From Azolla caroliniana (taxonomy: Eukaryota > Plantae > Polypodiophyta): 64,000 nucleotides of DNA. Every line of letters begins with the position of its first letter. The stretch's first letter is position 1. The notes under the pieces are model-generated. The model was not told where the DNA came from, did not search any database, and saw nothing but the letters and a program-made list of their open reading frames with translations. The stretch lies in NCBI GenBank assembly GCA_043228905.1, contig JBHGNT010000002.1, positions 9,362,001 to 9,426,000 of the forward strand. The letters run 5' to 3'. A program made the position numbers and the translations under genes. This document shows, piece after piece, positions 36,319-48,994 of the stretch.

Positions 36319-36580
36319 AGGTATTTCCTTTAGGTTCAATACCCGACTAATAAATTGAAAATTTTTCTTGGTGCCTTTCTTTTTCCCCGCGGGAGCATAA
36401 CATTGAGACAAAAAAAATGGAAAATGGAGGAATCCAATCCACATTCAAAAGATTGTGGATTGGAACCGTGGCACGGGGTGTTAGGAATTGGAATGCGCCA
36501 CAAACAAACGATGGAAAATGAGGATTTGAACGATGAGTAGGAGAAATCTAAGCCCTAAGCGAGGGTTGATAATCATCCCA

Positions 36581-36740
36581 TCACTCTAGGTATTCCCACA
36601 ATTTGTGTTGTCGATACGGATTGTGATCCAGATCTGACAGATATTCCGATTCCAAGTAATGATGATGCACGATCTTCCATTCGTTGGATATTAGATAGGT
36701 TGACATTAGCTATTCGTGAGGGTCACTCGACCCTAAACTA
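36581..36740 (+). pseudogene. rps2: Plastid ribosomal protein S2 C-terminal fragment
   Basis: [48 protein letters not shown]. Confidence 0.92.
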
Positions 36741-39700
36741 AAGGTCTAATAACTATTGAGGGATTATGTGGCTGGTTAGTATCCGGTTCGACATAGAGTA
36801 ACAAAAGATCCACGTCACGACTTGAAATATTGCATAATCCCATTAGAGGAACAATTTCTAAGCTATTTTTATAGAATTATTATTAGCAAATCTGAGTATT
36901 TTACACAGGTTTTACTATTAAAGCCAATAACATTTCTTTTCCAAAACCAAGGGTAAATATAGATATCAACATCAATTCGATCATTTATTTGGTTGAGATT
37001 ACCGAAACTTCGGTAATCTCAACCAAGTATTCGACATATGAATGGATTCATCTTGAATGCCTGAGCCCTAACAAAAAACCATTCCTCAATGAAAATGAGT
37101 ATTGGATCTGTACCTAGCAAAAAATGTTGACTGGCAAAGACTTACAAGCCGGATAAAGTCCAGAATGGTAAAGGGATATTTATTTTAGAACTATCTATAA
37201 TTATTATATTTTGAGAAGCGAACGGACAGACCTAGATTCGGTATGCCGATCCGGATCCGGACCGCTTCGTAGCCGGTTGCTGGTTGGCACCGGTTTGTAC
37301 CCAGAGCCGGTGACCTATAAAAGGACCCGGTTAGATTGTAATCAATTAGTGATTTATTAATGAAAATGTTGTTGTTCTATATCTTGTTTAATCTTTGAAG
37401 CTTTAGTTAATTACCGTTTTGTGCTTAATAGAATCTATCTTATGCGTGTATTGAGATCATTAACCATGCCGGCTAATAGCCGGTTAGGAATACGTTTGTA
37501 TCACGGTCTATGCCTACCCCACTTGCACCACCCTTTGGTGAAGTGTCCTAGAGGGACACCCTGTGTTAGGGCTAGTCCTGCCCCAAGGAGTAACACAGTT
37601 TTTGGCAACCACGATTCCAGCCCAAGCATAGTGAAAAGCGGGGGGCTTGGATGACTAGACCAACAAACGACCCAACAATGGAGCGAGCGCGACGACTTGC
37701 CGAACGACTGCGGAAGTGCAAAGCGTACTGCCAAGCAGCGGAATCCATTCTGTAGGCATTAGCAGCGGGAGAAGGCGATTCGGAACCATTTCCGACGTTT
37801 GAATCGGATTACCGCAGTAGTCACGACACCCCGGATGGACCGAAGGACGAGGAATCGGATAATATACCGACACCGAAACCGACGATAACAAAACTGGAAG
37901 CTTCAGGAAGGCACGAGGCGGATCAACCTCCGACACCACCACGTGGGCCTCCGAAGGAGGAAGAGAAAAGACCTTCTACGCCAGAAAAAGAGGAGGAAAG
38001 ACCTCTAACACCGCCTCCAAAAAAAGAGGAGGAAAAACCTCTGACACCGCCTCCAACAGAAGAGGGGGAGAGACCTCCATCACCACCAACTAGAGTTCCG
38101 ACACCAGACGACGATATGCCCTTCCAATATCCCAAGTACCGGGATGATCTAGACGCGGAAGCCCATGTGTATGCATTTCTACAAACATGGGAAGCAAACC
38201 ATGTGCCGCAACGCTTAAATGCCGCCGAAGTAGAACAGTCGAAGATCACAGAGTTCGGCATGACTTTGGAAGGAACAGCTGCGTGATGGCGCTTGATGCA
38301 CCTTTCCGGCACCATCAGTACGTTTGAGGACTTGAAAACTAGATTTTTACAATCCTTCAACAAGGAGGTGGATCAACGAGAGATGGTTGGCCTATTCTAC
38401 ACCATACGGCAGGAACCTACGGAAACCATTCAAAAATTCATAAGCCGGTTCCAGCGGATGCACAACCAGCTAAGTCAGGCACCACTAGAAGCAGAGGCTA
38501 AAGCAATATTCCTAGCAGCACTCCGGGAACCCTTGCATATGGTGTGCGTAGTCATTGATTTCCGCATTAGCACGATCGACTAGGTTAGGGAGATGGAGAA
38601 AACGAACTCGTGGCTAACAATGAGGGCACTCCAACGTACATTACCGACAGAAGAAGACCTACATTTTCGGCAAGCTATACAATGTACAACTTGTCTCAAT
38701 GCCGGGCACTCTTTCATAGAATGTACCATGTGATCACAGTGCATGTTATGCCATTCCAGGTTTCACACAATGGACCGATGCGAATATAACTTACCGAACC
38801 GGCAAGCTGCACTAGTAACACAAATTGATACCTACAGGGACCGGGAAGAGGAAAAAGAACGTTGGCATTGAGACGAGCGTTATCGGCCAGTACAGGATGT
38901 CCGGTACAACGACAAAAGGGACACTTATGACCGGGACCGGTACGACAGGTACCGGGATCATAATGGTGACCGTTCTGATCGCGATCACTCTCCAAGTTAC
39001 AACCGGAGGGGAGAGGATTAGCATGGGGATTACGAAGATCGCTGCCGACAGGGATACAAGAACCACCGACGGTTTAATAGGAAACGAAACAACCGAAAGG
39101 AGGGGTGTTGGGAACCGGCGAAGGAATACCCACGAGAGCCGGAGAGAGGCTTGAGTGGCACCCAGCCAGAACATAGACGAACGGAAGAGCCTAATCGGCC
39201 GACAACAGGATTTCAACCAAGTACCGGGCCAAAAGTAGAATCCAACAATACCCGGAAAGTGTATTGTTATTATTGCCGGCAGGAAGGCCATTACAGCAAC
39301 CAATGCCCTGTGAAAAGTAATGAAAAATGACCGACAGTCAATATGGTGGTAGTAGAGGTCGCGGATATACATCAAGTCAGCGCCAAGTCAAAAGGAAAGA
39401 CGACGGAGTGGGAAGCCCAAGAGGATATCCGGAAATAGGCCACTGAATGGGTCGAGAAGGAAAATGAACGGAATGCGGCTGAAGTCAAACAACAAAAGGC
39501 GGCACCAACGGAGCTCACTAGCACAATCCAGGCAGAAAACCCAACATGGCAGGCGTTACAGGAATGTCAAATTACATTGCCATTAGGCCGGTTACTACAA
39601 TTAGTACCCCGATTCACAGATGGGCTGAAATTAGTAATAACAACACCAGACTTGCCGCCAGCTCCGGATTTCTTTTCCAACCCAGAGCAAGGTTTGGCGG

Positions 39701-42700
39701 TGGTGGACCCTAGCAATCTAGCAATCACTGCCCTTGTCAAAGGACGCGAGCTACTAGGGACGATCCTCGATAGAGGATTGGGCGTCAATGTAATAAGCCT
39801 TCACACTTGTGACACCCTGGGAATCAAGGAGTGGGAGCCTTGCCCGTTTTGGCTCCGGATGGCAGATATGAGTTCGGTAAGACCCACCGGTTTAATACGA
39901 GATCTGGAGGTAACAATTGGAGGACATGCATTCCGCATTTCTGCGGTGGTTCTCTAGTTAAATACCCAAGGGGCTTACCCACTATTTCTTGGACGACCAT
40001 GGTTGCGGACGACACACATTAAGCAGAACTGGCGGAAGAACATGATTACGTTCCGATGAGGCAAAACCAAAGTACGGGTACCAACACATCCACAAACCGG
40101 AACCAACAAAGAGCTAACACCGTTATACGATGAAAGCGTTAATATGCTGGAAGGACTTGCGGACGAGGAAGTCAATCATTATCTCAAGGATAATCCAAAA
40201 ATCGTACCCTTGTTTCAAATAGATGTGGCAGAAGCAGTCTCTTCATATATTACACAATCGAGAGATGCCGGAGAGGAACCGGATAAAGATACCATCAGAG
40301 AACTACGTCAAGCACAGGAGGCCCTGGAACGGGAACTGGTGGTATCTCAAAGGTTCAAGGCATCCCAACTAGAATAAGTAAACTTAGGAATTGGAGAGGA
40401 AGTACGACCGGTACATATTGGCAAAGAAATGTCACTGGAAAACAAAACGGCAATGATTACACTATTGAAAGAATTCTGGGACGTATTTTCCTGGTCCTAT
40501 GAGGATATACGAGGGTTGGATCCACAGCTGTATCAACACCAAATACATCTTAGCAAAGACGCCAAACCGGTAGCACAAAGGCGTTATCGAATGAACCCTA
40601 ATTATGCGGTATGGGTAAAAGAAGAAATTGACAAGTTACTCTGAGTTGGTTTTATCCGGCCGGTAAAGAAAGCCACATGGATGAGTCTGATAGTAGTTGT
40701 GCCGAAGAAGAACAGGAAGATCTGGGTGTCCATCGATTACCGGAAATTGAATGTCGCGACAGTGACCGATGGCTTTCCACTTCCATTCACAGATGGAGTT
40801 CTAGACACGGTAGCCGGTCATGAGGTATATAGCTTCCTAGACAGATTCCACAGGTACAATCAAATACGGATGCACCCCGATGACCAAGAAAAGACGGCGT
40901 TCGTTACCGTGTGGGGAGTTTTTGCTGTCGTAGTGATGATGTTTGAACTCAAGATGGCATCGGCTACCTTTCAGCGGATAATCATGGACATATTTCGAGA
41001 GTTCATCCCGACGTTTATGCAGGTGTGCCTATACGACTTCGCGGTGTATAGCCGGCAAGGGGACCACCTGGACCATCTCCGATTATGCCTAGGAAAATGC
41101 AGGGGATACCGGCTAAGCTTGAACCTGGCAAAGTGTGTGTTCAGGGTGGCTAGTGGTACGCTACTGGGCCATATTGTGAGCAAGGATGGGATAGCAATAG
41201 ACCCGGACAAAGTCAGGGAAATTTTGGAGGCACTGGCACCAATGACGGCCAAAACATTAAGCAAATTTTCAGGACAAATCCGGTGACATAGACGGATGCT
41301 CCAGTATTTGGCAGATCTTGCAACACCACTGCATGTTGCGGTTCACCGGACACCGTTTCAATGGACAACTACAGAGGATGATGCTTACCGCGTGCTAAAA
41401 GTACTACTATCGCAAGCACCAGTAGTACAACCCCCGGACTGGTTCAAAGAATTTCATGTGTTCGTCGACGCGTCAGACATAGCAATCGGTAGCGCATTTA
41501 TGCAGCTGACCAAACCCAAGTGGTACTGGCCCGTATACTATGCGAGTCGGAAACTGTCACAAGTGGAACGAAATTATTCCACAACGGAGAGAGAAGCCTT
41601 GGGGATGATTGGGGATGATTTATAGCGTCACGAGGTTCAGACACTATTTGTTGGGCCAGAAATTTTCATTTCACGTAGACCATTCTACAGTTTTATACTT
41701 GGTCTCTAAGGCATCCCTAACAAGTAAGCTGGCCCGGTGGACATTGGTACTACAGGAATTCGAGTTCGAAATTTATCACCAACCGGGTATAGAACATGTG
41801 GTTTCCGACTATTTGAGCCAGTTAGAAACCGGCGAGGCCAGTGATGGCGTACCAGATGAGTTTCCGGATGCCGAACTGTTTAAAATTATAGCATAAACCA
41901 CGTCGGATGATACAGTTCCGGACGAGGAAAAATGGCTAACGAACATGCATCAGTTCTTAAGCATAGGACTACCTCCGGAGGAGATGAACAGAGACGAGCG
42001 GAAATGATTGACGGTCCAAAGCCGACATTTCTGTTTATTACAAGACACCCTATACCACAAGGGAGCCAATGGAATATGGCGGAGAGCGGTGCAGAGCAAT
42101 GAAAAGGACATCGTATTACGGGAATCACATTGGGGAGTCGCCGGAGGACACTATGCCAGTGAAGCTACAACAAGAAAGATATGGCGTAGTGGGCTATGGT
42201 GGCCAATGACACTGAAAGATTCCGTCCGATATATGAAGGAATGTGATTTGTGCGAACGAATGTGCCTCACCAGCCGGTACTACCCTTGGAACCATTTCAA
42301 AAATGGGGGATGGACTTGTCGAACCATTCAAGCCGCCAGCCATGCGAACCGGCAACAGATACGTCATTGTTGCTACGGATTATTGCACCAAGTAGGTAGA
42401 GGCCAAGGCTTTGCGAGACAATACCGTGGCATCATTGACAAAGTTTCTCTATGAGTGCCTCTAGTGCCGTTACGGATGTCCAATCGAATTAATTAGCGAC
42501 TAGGGTGGGCACTTCCTTGGTCAAGTAGTGGAGAGCCTAACAACGTTCTATGTGGTAGTACACAAGCGCAACACTCTGTACTACCCGCAGGCCAATGGAC
42601 TGTTCGAGTTCACCAACAAGACACTACAGAACATCCTCCGGAAGATCGTCAACGAGAACCGAACCGAGTGGGACATGAAGTTGCACAATACATTATGGGC

Positions 42701-44579
42701 TTATCAAACGAGCATCAAGATGACACCATTCCCGTTAGCATTCGGACTAGAAGTGGTGATGTCGATTGAATTTCAAGTACTAAGCTTACGAATATAGGTC
42801 CAGGAGCGACTGAGTGAAAAAGAATCAGAGAAAATCCGATTGGCGGCACTATGTGAGTTGGAAGAGCATCGGATAGCGATTATCATGAAGCTGGAACTGG
42901 AGAAACGACGAAGGAAGGCATTTGTCGACCGGCACCGGAAGGGCAATGAGAAGTTGTTCGGAATCGGCAAGCCGGTGCTCGTATTTCAGACCCGGATGGG
43001 TAAGATGCCGGGCACGCTATGGTTCCGGTGAACCGGACCATACTAGATCATGTGAGAATTCAACGGTTCTTACCAGTTAGGGACGCTTCCCGACGAAGTA
43101 CTAGACAAATGGGTAAATGGGTTCCGGCTTAAACCCTATTACGGGCCCGTGCCACCAAACCCATTCCATCAGGTATAGACTGACGGGGTAACCGAAAGCA
43201 GCAAGCAATTGGCCGGCAACCAAGAGGATCCGGTGTTACCCGACAACCAGGACTAATGTTTAATTATTAAAATTTAAAATAAAATAAAATAATAAAATAA
43301 TAAAAATATAAAAATATAAAATAAAAGTCATCATGCATAGGCGAGGAGCAAACGGGCACTTTGAAAAGGTCTGTGGTTGGTGGCTAATTAAAGCCTATTT
43401 AAAAGCACACCACGTGTCAACCGACTGTTATTATAGTACACGACGTGCATGCGTGGGAATCAAGAACAATGCACTAAGCGCACACATGGAGAGACAAAAC
43501 CTTTGCCTCACAGAGTCCCTCTCATTTCGCCAGAACAGAGCACTAAGTGCACACAACCAATTAAGAGTGATCAGACGAATGCCAGAAGAACGCACAGACG
43601 TACTAGTTCGACCAAGTCCCACAAACTCAGACGGCCACATGGAACACATGCCACATTCGGAAGCGGCCAAGAAATGGTTCAGGCAACACGGGTTGGAAGG
43701 GTTCCTAAGAATCGTCAAGGCACCTCTGCACGGCGAGGAGGAGAAAGTCATGTAGGAGATCGATACAGAGGTCATCACAGAAGAGGCCATCCGCAACATG
43801 ATCGGCTTACCGAAGGGTGGAATATTCTCGATCGACCACCCTTCCCTGGAGATGCTCACGAAGTTCTTTGGTGAGTACTCCTTGGCCGGCAAGGCGTACC
43901 ACACGCAAGGCGGCGAGGACGCTCTATTCCGAGCATTCGCTCGTGTGCTTCATGAATATGGGCATGTACAACCTTGACCCCTGGCTATGCCAAAGAACAG
44001 AGTTGGTCTTATTATAGCAACTTATGAGGGAGTACAGGTGGATTGATCGGTGATCATCACTGACAATCTGAGGGCGGCCATAGACTCAGTAAAGGATGGC
44101 AAGAAGATGTTGTAAGGAATTTGACGCTATCCAATCTTTCTCCTCTCGGTCACAACCGAGACAACACGGATCAATGCAGCAGAAAATGGGGAAAAACACA
44201 GAGAGAGATGAATACACAGGGTATAACGTGGAAAACCCTCAACGGGAAAAACCACAGGAGTGCACGACTCCAACTATCACTATACACTGGAATATACAAT
44301 GGCGAGCTGCAAGGCGACGACCTTGAGCTCGCTGTCCTCGCCACAGGCGGCGGTATTACATAGAGGCGTCGACCTCTTCGTTTCTCTCTCTAGCGGCTGC
44401 TCTCACTTCGCTCCCTCTAAGTAAAACAGAAAAATGAGCAACAACAAAACTGTTTGCCCTAAGTCATATTTATACACATATGACTTTCGGGCTATTTACA
44501 AATATAGCCTCAAGGGCTCTTGGCAAAACATATTAAAAAATATGTCCCCGCATCCGGATCTCCCTCCGGGTACATTCGT

Positions 44580-44845
44580 CATCCGGCTCCGTAGCCGGGG
44601 TCTTCAGCATCCGGCTCCGTAGCCGGGGTATTCATCATCCGGCTCCGTAGCCGGGGTCTTCGTCATCCGGCTCCGTAGCCGGGGTCTTCAGCATCCGGCT
44701 CCGTAGCCGGGGTATTCATCATCCGGCTCCGTAGCCGGGGTCTTCATCATCCGGCACCGTAGCCAGGGTCTTCGTCATCCGGCTCCGTAGCCAGGGTCTT
44801 CGTCATCCGGCTCCGTAGCCGGGGTATTCATCATCCGGCACCGTA
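44580..44845. repeat. 28-bp tandem array in the CoE LTR U3 (9 full units; 10 units in the other LTR at ~49494-49787)
   Basis: Unit CATCCGGCTCCGTAGCCGGGGTCTTCAG and variants; LTR lengths 800 versus 828. Confidence 0.95.
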
Positions 44846-44920
44846 ACAGCAACCGGGCTTGCCGTCATTCATCTCCGGACATCCCATCCGGAGGGACCGA
44901 AATCCCAACAAACTCCCCCT

Positions 44921-47900
44921 TCACTTCGGCATGGGATGTCTCTCCAATCCGATCCTCTTCCGGCATGCTTCCAGCTTGTCGGGTGTGAGCACTTTGGTCA
45001 GCATATCTGAGCCATTCTCGTCCGTGTGGATCTTCGTCAGCACGAACTCCTGGTCTTCTATCCTTTCCCGGATCCAGTGATATCTTCGCTGGATGTGCTT
45101 CGTCCGGGAGTGATAGGCCGCGTTCTTCGCAAGGTGGATGGCACTCTGCCTGTCGCAGTAGAGTCGGTACTCCTCCTGCCGGATACCGAGCTCTCTAATG
45201 AAGTCCTTCATCCATATCATTTCCTTGCCGGCTTCAACAGCCGCCATGTACTCCGCCTCCGTGGTTGACAACGCAACCGTCTTCTGCAGCCTCGACTGCC
45301 ACGAAACAGCTCCCCCTGCATACGTCATCACATACCCTGATGTGGACCGGCTGGTATCTACATCAGCCGACATATCCGAATCGGTAAAGCCGTCGAGTTC
45401 GGGCTTACCGGAGCCGAATCGGAGGCACACGTTTGCCGTGCCCTTCAGGTATCGGAGTATCCACTTGACCGCGTTCCAGTGCTCTTTGCCGGGATTGCTC
45501 ATGTACCGGCTCACCACTCCGACTGCGTATCCTATGTCCGGTCTTGTACACACCATTGCGTACATCAAGCTTCCGATGGCAGAGGCATATGGTACTTTCA
45601 TCATGTCCTCTTTCTCAGCCTTTGTCTTGGGGCTTTGCTTGCTGGACAACTTGCAGTTTGCCGGGAGAGTTGATCCGACCGGTCTTGCTTCCGACATGTT
45701 GAACCGGTGAAGCACCTTTGTCACGTACTTCTCCTGTGACAGCCACAACTGCTTCTTGCTCTGGTCCCGGATGATGTGCATCCCTAGTATTTGTCTCGCC
45801 GGACCCAGGTCCTTCATTGAGAAGGTTCGGTTAAGAGCCTTCTTCAGCATCCGTATCTTGACCTGGTCTCGTCCGACGATCAACATGTCGTCCACGTACA
45901 GGAGGAGTATTAGAGAGTCTCCTCCTTCGAACTTCTTCACAAACACGCAGTGATCGGACTGCGTTTTGTGGTACCCTTCGTCGGTCATGAAGGAGTCGAA
46001 CTTCCGGTACCATTGCCGGGGAGCCTGCTTCAGTCCGTAAAGACTCTTCTTCAACCGGCATACCAGGTGCTCCTTCCCTTTCTTCTCGAATCCTTCCGGT
46101 TGTTGCATGTAGATCTCTTCTTCGAGGTCACCGTGAAGGAATGCCGTCTTCACGTCCATCTGTTCTACCTCGAGGTTCATGCTTGCCGCTATGCTCAGCA
46201 CCGTCCGGATGGAGGTCATCTTCACTACCGGGGCAAATATCTCGTCGAAATCGACGCCCTTCTTTTGCTGGAACCCCTTCACCACGATCCTGGCTTTGTA
46301 TCTCGGGGGGTTTCCAGCATCTCCCGGTTTCAGCTTGAACACCCACTTGTTTCGTAGTGCCCGCTTTCCTTTTGGCAACTCCACAAGTTCATATGTGTGG
46401 TTCTCATGCAGGGAATCCATCTCGTCCTGCATGGCACTCAACCACCTGCGGCTCTGGGTGTCATGCTTTGCTTCTTCAAAGCTCTCCGGCTCCCCTTCGT
46501 CGGTTAGCAGCACGTGCTCTGGTTCCGGAAATCTCCGGGGGGCCCTTCTCTCTCTTAGAGGATATCTCCGTTCCGGAGCTTCGGCAACCGGTTCTTCCGA
46601 TTCTTCTTCGTCCAAATCCATTTCGGGATCGGGGCCGGTTCCGGTATCGTTTTCATCTTCTTCGGCCGGTTCTGTTTCTTCATAGTCTTCGGCCGGATCC
46701 TCGAGTGTTAACCGGTCCCATGCCGGTCGGGACTGCTCCTCGTAGAGTTGATCCTCACCGGTCGACTTGGAGCTCTTCATCTCCTTCTCCGACTCCCAGT
46801 CGGCGAGTGTCCTGTTCTCCATGAAGATGATATCACGACTTCGGAATATCTTCTTGTCGACCGGGTCCCATACTCGGTAGCCGAACTCGTCATCGCCGTA
46901 ACCGAGGAATATGCATGGCCGGGTCTTTGGATCTAGCTTTCCTCTCCGGTCCTTTGCCACATGCACGTATGCGAGACACCCGAACACCCTCAGATGCCGG
47001 TAGGACACTTCCTTACCGGTCCACACTTTCTGCGGCGTGTCTCCGTCCAAAGGTACTGAGGGTGATCTGTTTATCACATATGTCGCCGTCGACATTGCCT
47101 CAGCCCAAAACCCCTTGGGTAATTTCGCATGCGCCAGCATACTCCGGACCCTCTCCATTATGGTCCGGTTCATCCTCTCGGCCAGCCCGTTCAGTTCCGG
47201 CGTCTTCGGCACAGTAAACTCGAGCCGGATTCCCTTCGAGCGACAGTACTCCTGGAACTGCCCCCGGTATTCCCCTCCGTTATCCGCTCGTATCGCTTTC
47301 AGCTTCTTGCCGGATTCCCTTTCCACTCTCGCGTGGAGTTCTTTGAAGACGGACAATACTTGGTCCTTTGTCTTCAACGGTGCCGTCCACAACTTCCGGC
47401 TATGGTCATCTATGAATGTTACGAAGTATTGGGCTCCGCCATGTGACTTCGTTTCTACCTGACACACATCAGTATGCACCAACTCCAATGGTGCGCTACG
47501 TCTCGTCGGTGGCCTTGAGTGGAAGGAGGTCCGGTTTTGCTTACCGGCCAGGCAGTCGGTGCACTTCTCCAGGTGCACATGCTTCACCGGAATAAGGTTG
47601 TCTTCTGCAAGCCTCTTCATCCCCTTCTCACTCATGTGGCACAGTCTCTTGTGCCACAGCTCACCGGCAGTGTCGGCTGCCACGTTCAGCTCCTCCGGAC
47701 ATAGCCGGGAATTCATCAGGTACAGAGTGTTGACCTTCCGGGCCCGAGCCACTATCAGGCTCCCCTTGCTGAACTTCATGACACCGTTCCGGATGCTACC
47801 CGTGTAGCCTTCATCATCTAGCCTCCCGGCCGAGATCAGGTTCAATCGGACCTCCGGAACGTGTCGCACATTCTTCAGCAGCATTTTGCATCCGGTCGGG

Positions 47901-48994
47901 GTTGTCAACCACACGTCTCCTATGCCGGCAATCCGGCACGTACCTTCGTTTCCCATCCGAACACAGCCATGCTCGCCGGCTGTGTAGGATGAGAAGTATC
48001 TTCTCTCCGGGGTCAGGTGGAACGATGCTCCGGAATCGACCACCCAGGTCGTCTCATCGCCGGCAATGTTTAGTTCACCTTCTTCGGTGATGAGCATGAT
48101 CTCCTCTTCACTTGCCGCGAGTGCCGTCGTCCCCTTCCGGTCCTGTCCTCGCCGATCCGAACCATTCCGGTCCGTGGCTCCCCGGTATGCACCGTTTCTC
48201 TCCGGTGACTTCTTCGAATCGGTGTTGTCGGTTCCATTGTCTTTTCGGTAATGCCAACAATTCTTTCGGAAGTGCCCCGGCTTCCCACAGTGGAAGCATG
48301 TGGGCCTTCCTCTTGACTGCGACCGGGTCCCCGACTTCTCCCGTCTTTGCGGACTCCGGTTCCATTGTCTTCCCCGATCCGATTCGGTAAACAACATTTT
48401 CGGGTCGGAGGCCGGTTCCTTATCTCTCCGACGCGCTTCTTCGTTCAAAATACTTGTCTTTACCGTTTGTAAGGACAAGTTATCTTCGGTGCAGGAGGTG
48501 CTGAGAGTTACTACCAAGTTTTCCCAGCTTTCCGGCAATGTACACATCAGAATGATGGCTTGCATTGCATCCTCCAGCGGGAACTTGATCGCCGCAAGCT
48601 GGTTCACGAATCCCATGAACGTGCTTACGTGTTCCACCATACTCTCGCCGTCCCGGTACTTGAGATTCACAATCTTCCTCATCAGGGAGGTCCGGTTCAG
48701 CGCATTCTTCCTCTCGTAGAGGCCCGACAGCTTCCGCCACATCTCATATGCGTTGGTGTCGTTCGCCACATGTTGCAGAACACTTACATCTACATATTGC
48801 CGGATCGTCGCTACGGCTTTCCGGTTCAGGAGCTTCCACTCCGACTCTATTACCCCCTTGGGTATCTCGGCATTGTCGATCGGTTCGTACAGGTCTCAGA
48901 CGATGAGGAGGTCTTCCATCTTTATCTTCCAGTCGGCGTAGTTCTGTGAGTTCAACACCATCATGCCCGGAGGCCCACTACCGCCGCCTTCCAT
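44921..48994 (-). CDS. CoE gag-pol polyprotein (GAG, PR, INT, RT, RNase H) with one premature TGA near the N-terminus
   Basis: 1282-aa open stretch 48769-44921 with all Copia motifs; in-frame ATG at 48994 (MEGGGSGPPG) separated from it by a single TGA at 48898-48896. Confidence 0.92.

Larger units (their letters stand above)
35783..37124. other. Scrambled organellar mosaic, block 2 (continuous with 52710 before GyG inserted)
   Basis: psbC EKGIDRDTEP (~35803-35842), ndhC, rps2, hairpin-bearing spacer fragment split by GyG. Confidence 0.9.

Noticed and set aside
41600-41621. TTGGGGATGA direct duplication in GyG RNase H
   Set aside because: Ordinary 10-bp slippage frameshift in a dead element.
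45026-48949. Many antisense ORFs over CoE (and CoD)
   Set aside because: Expected shadow ORFs of GC-rich coding sequence; no independent motifs.
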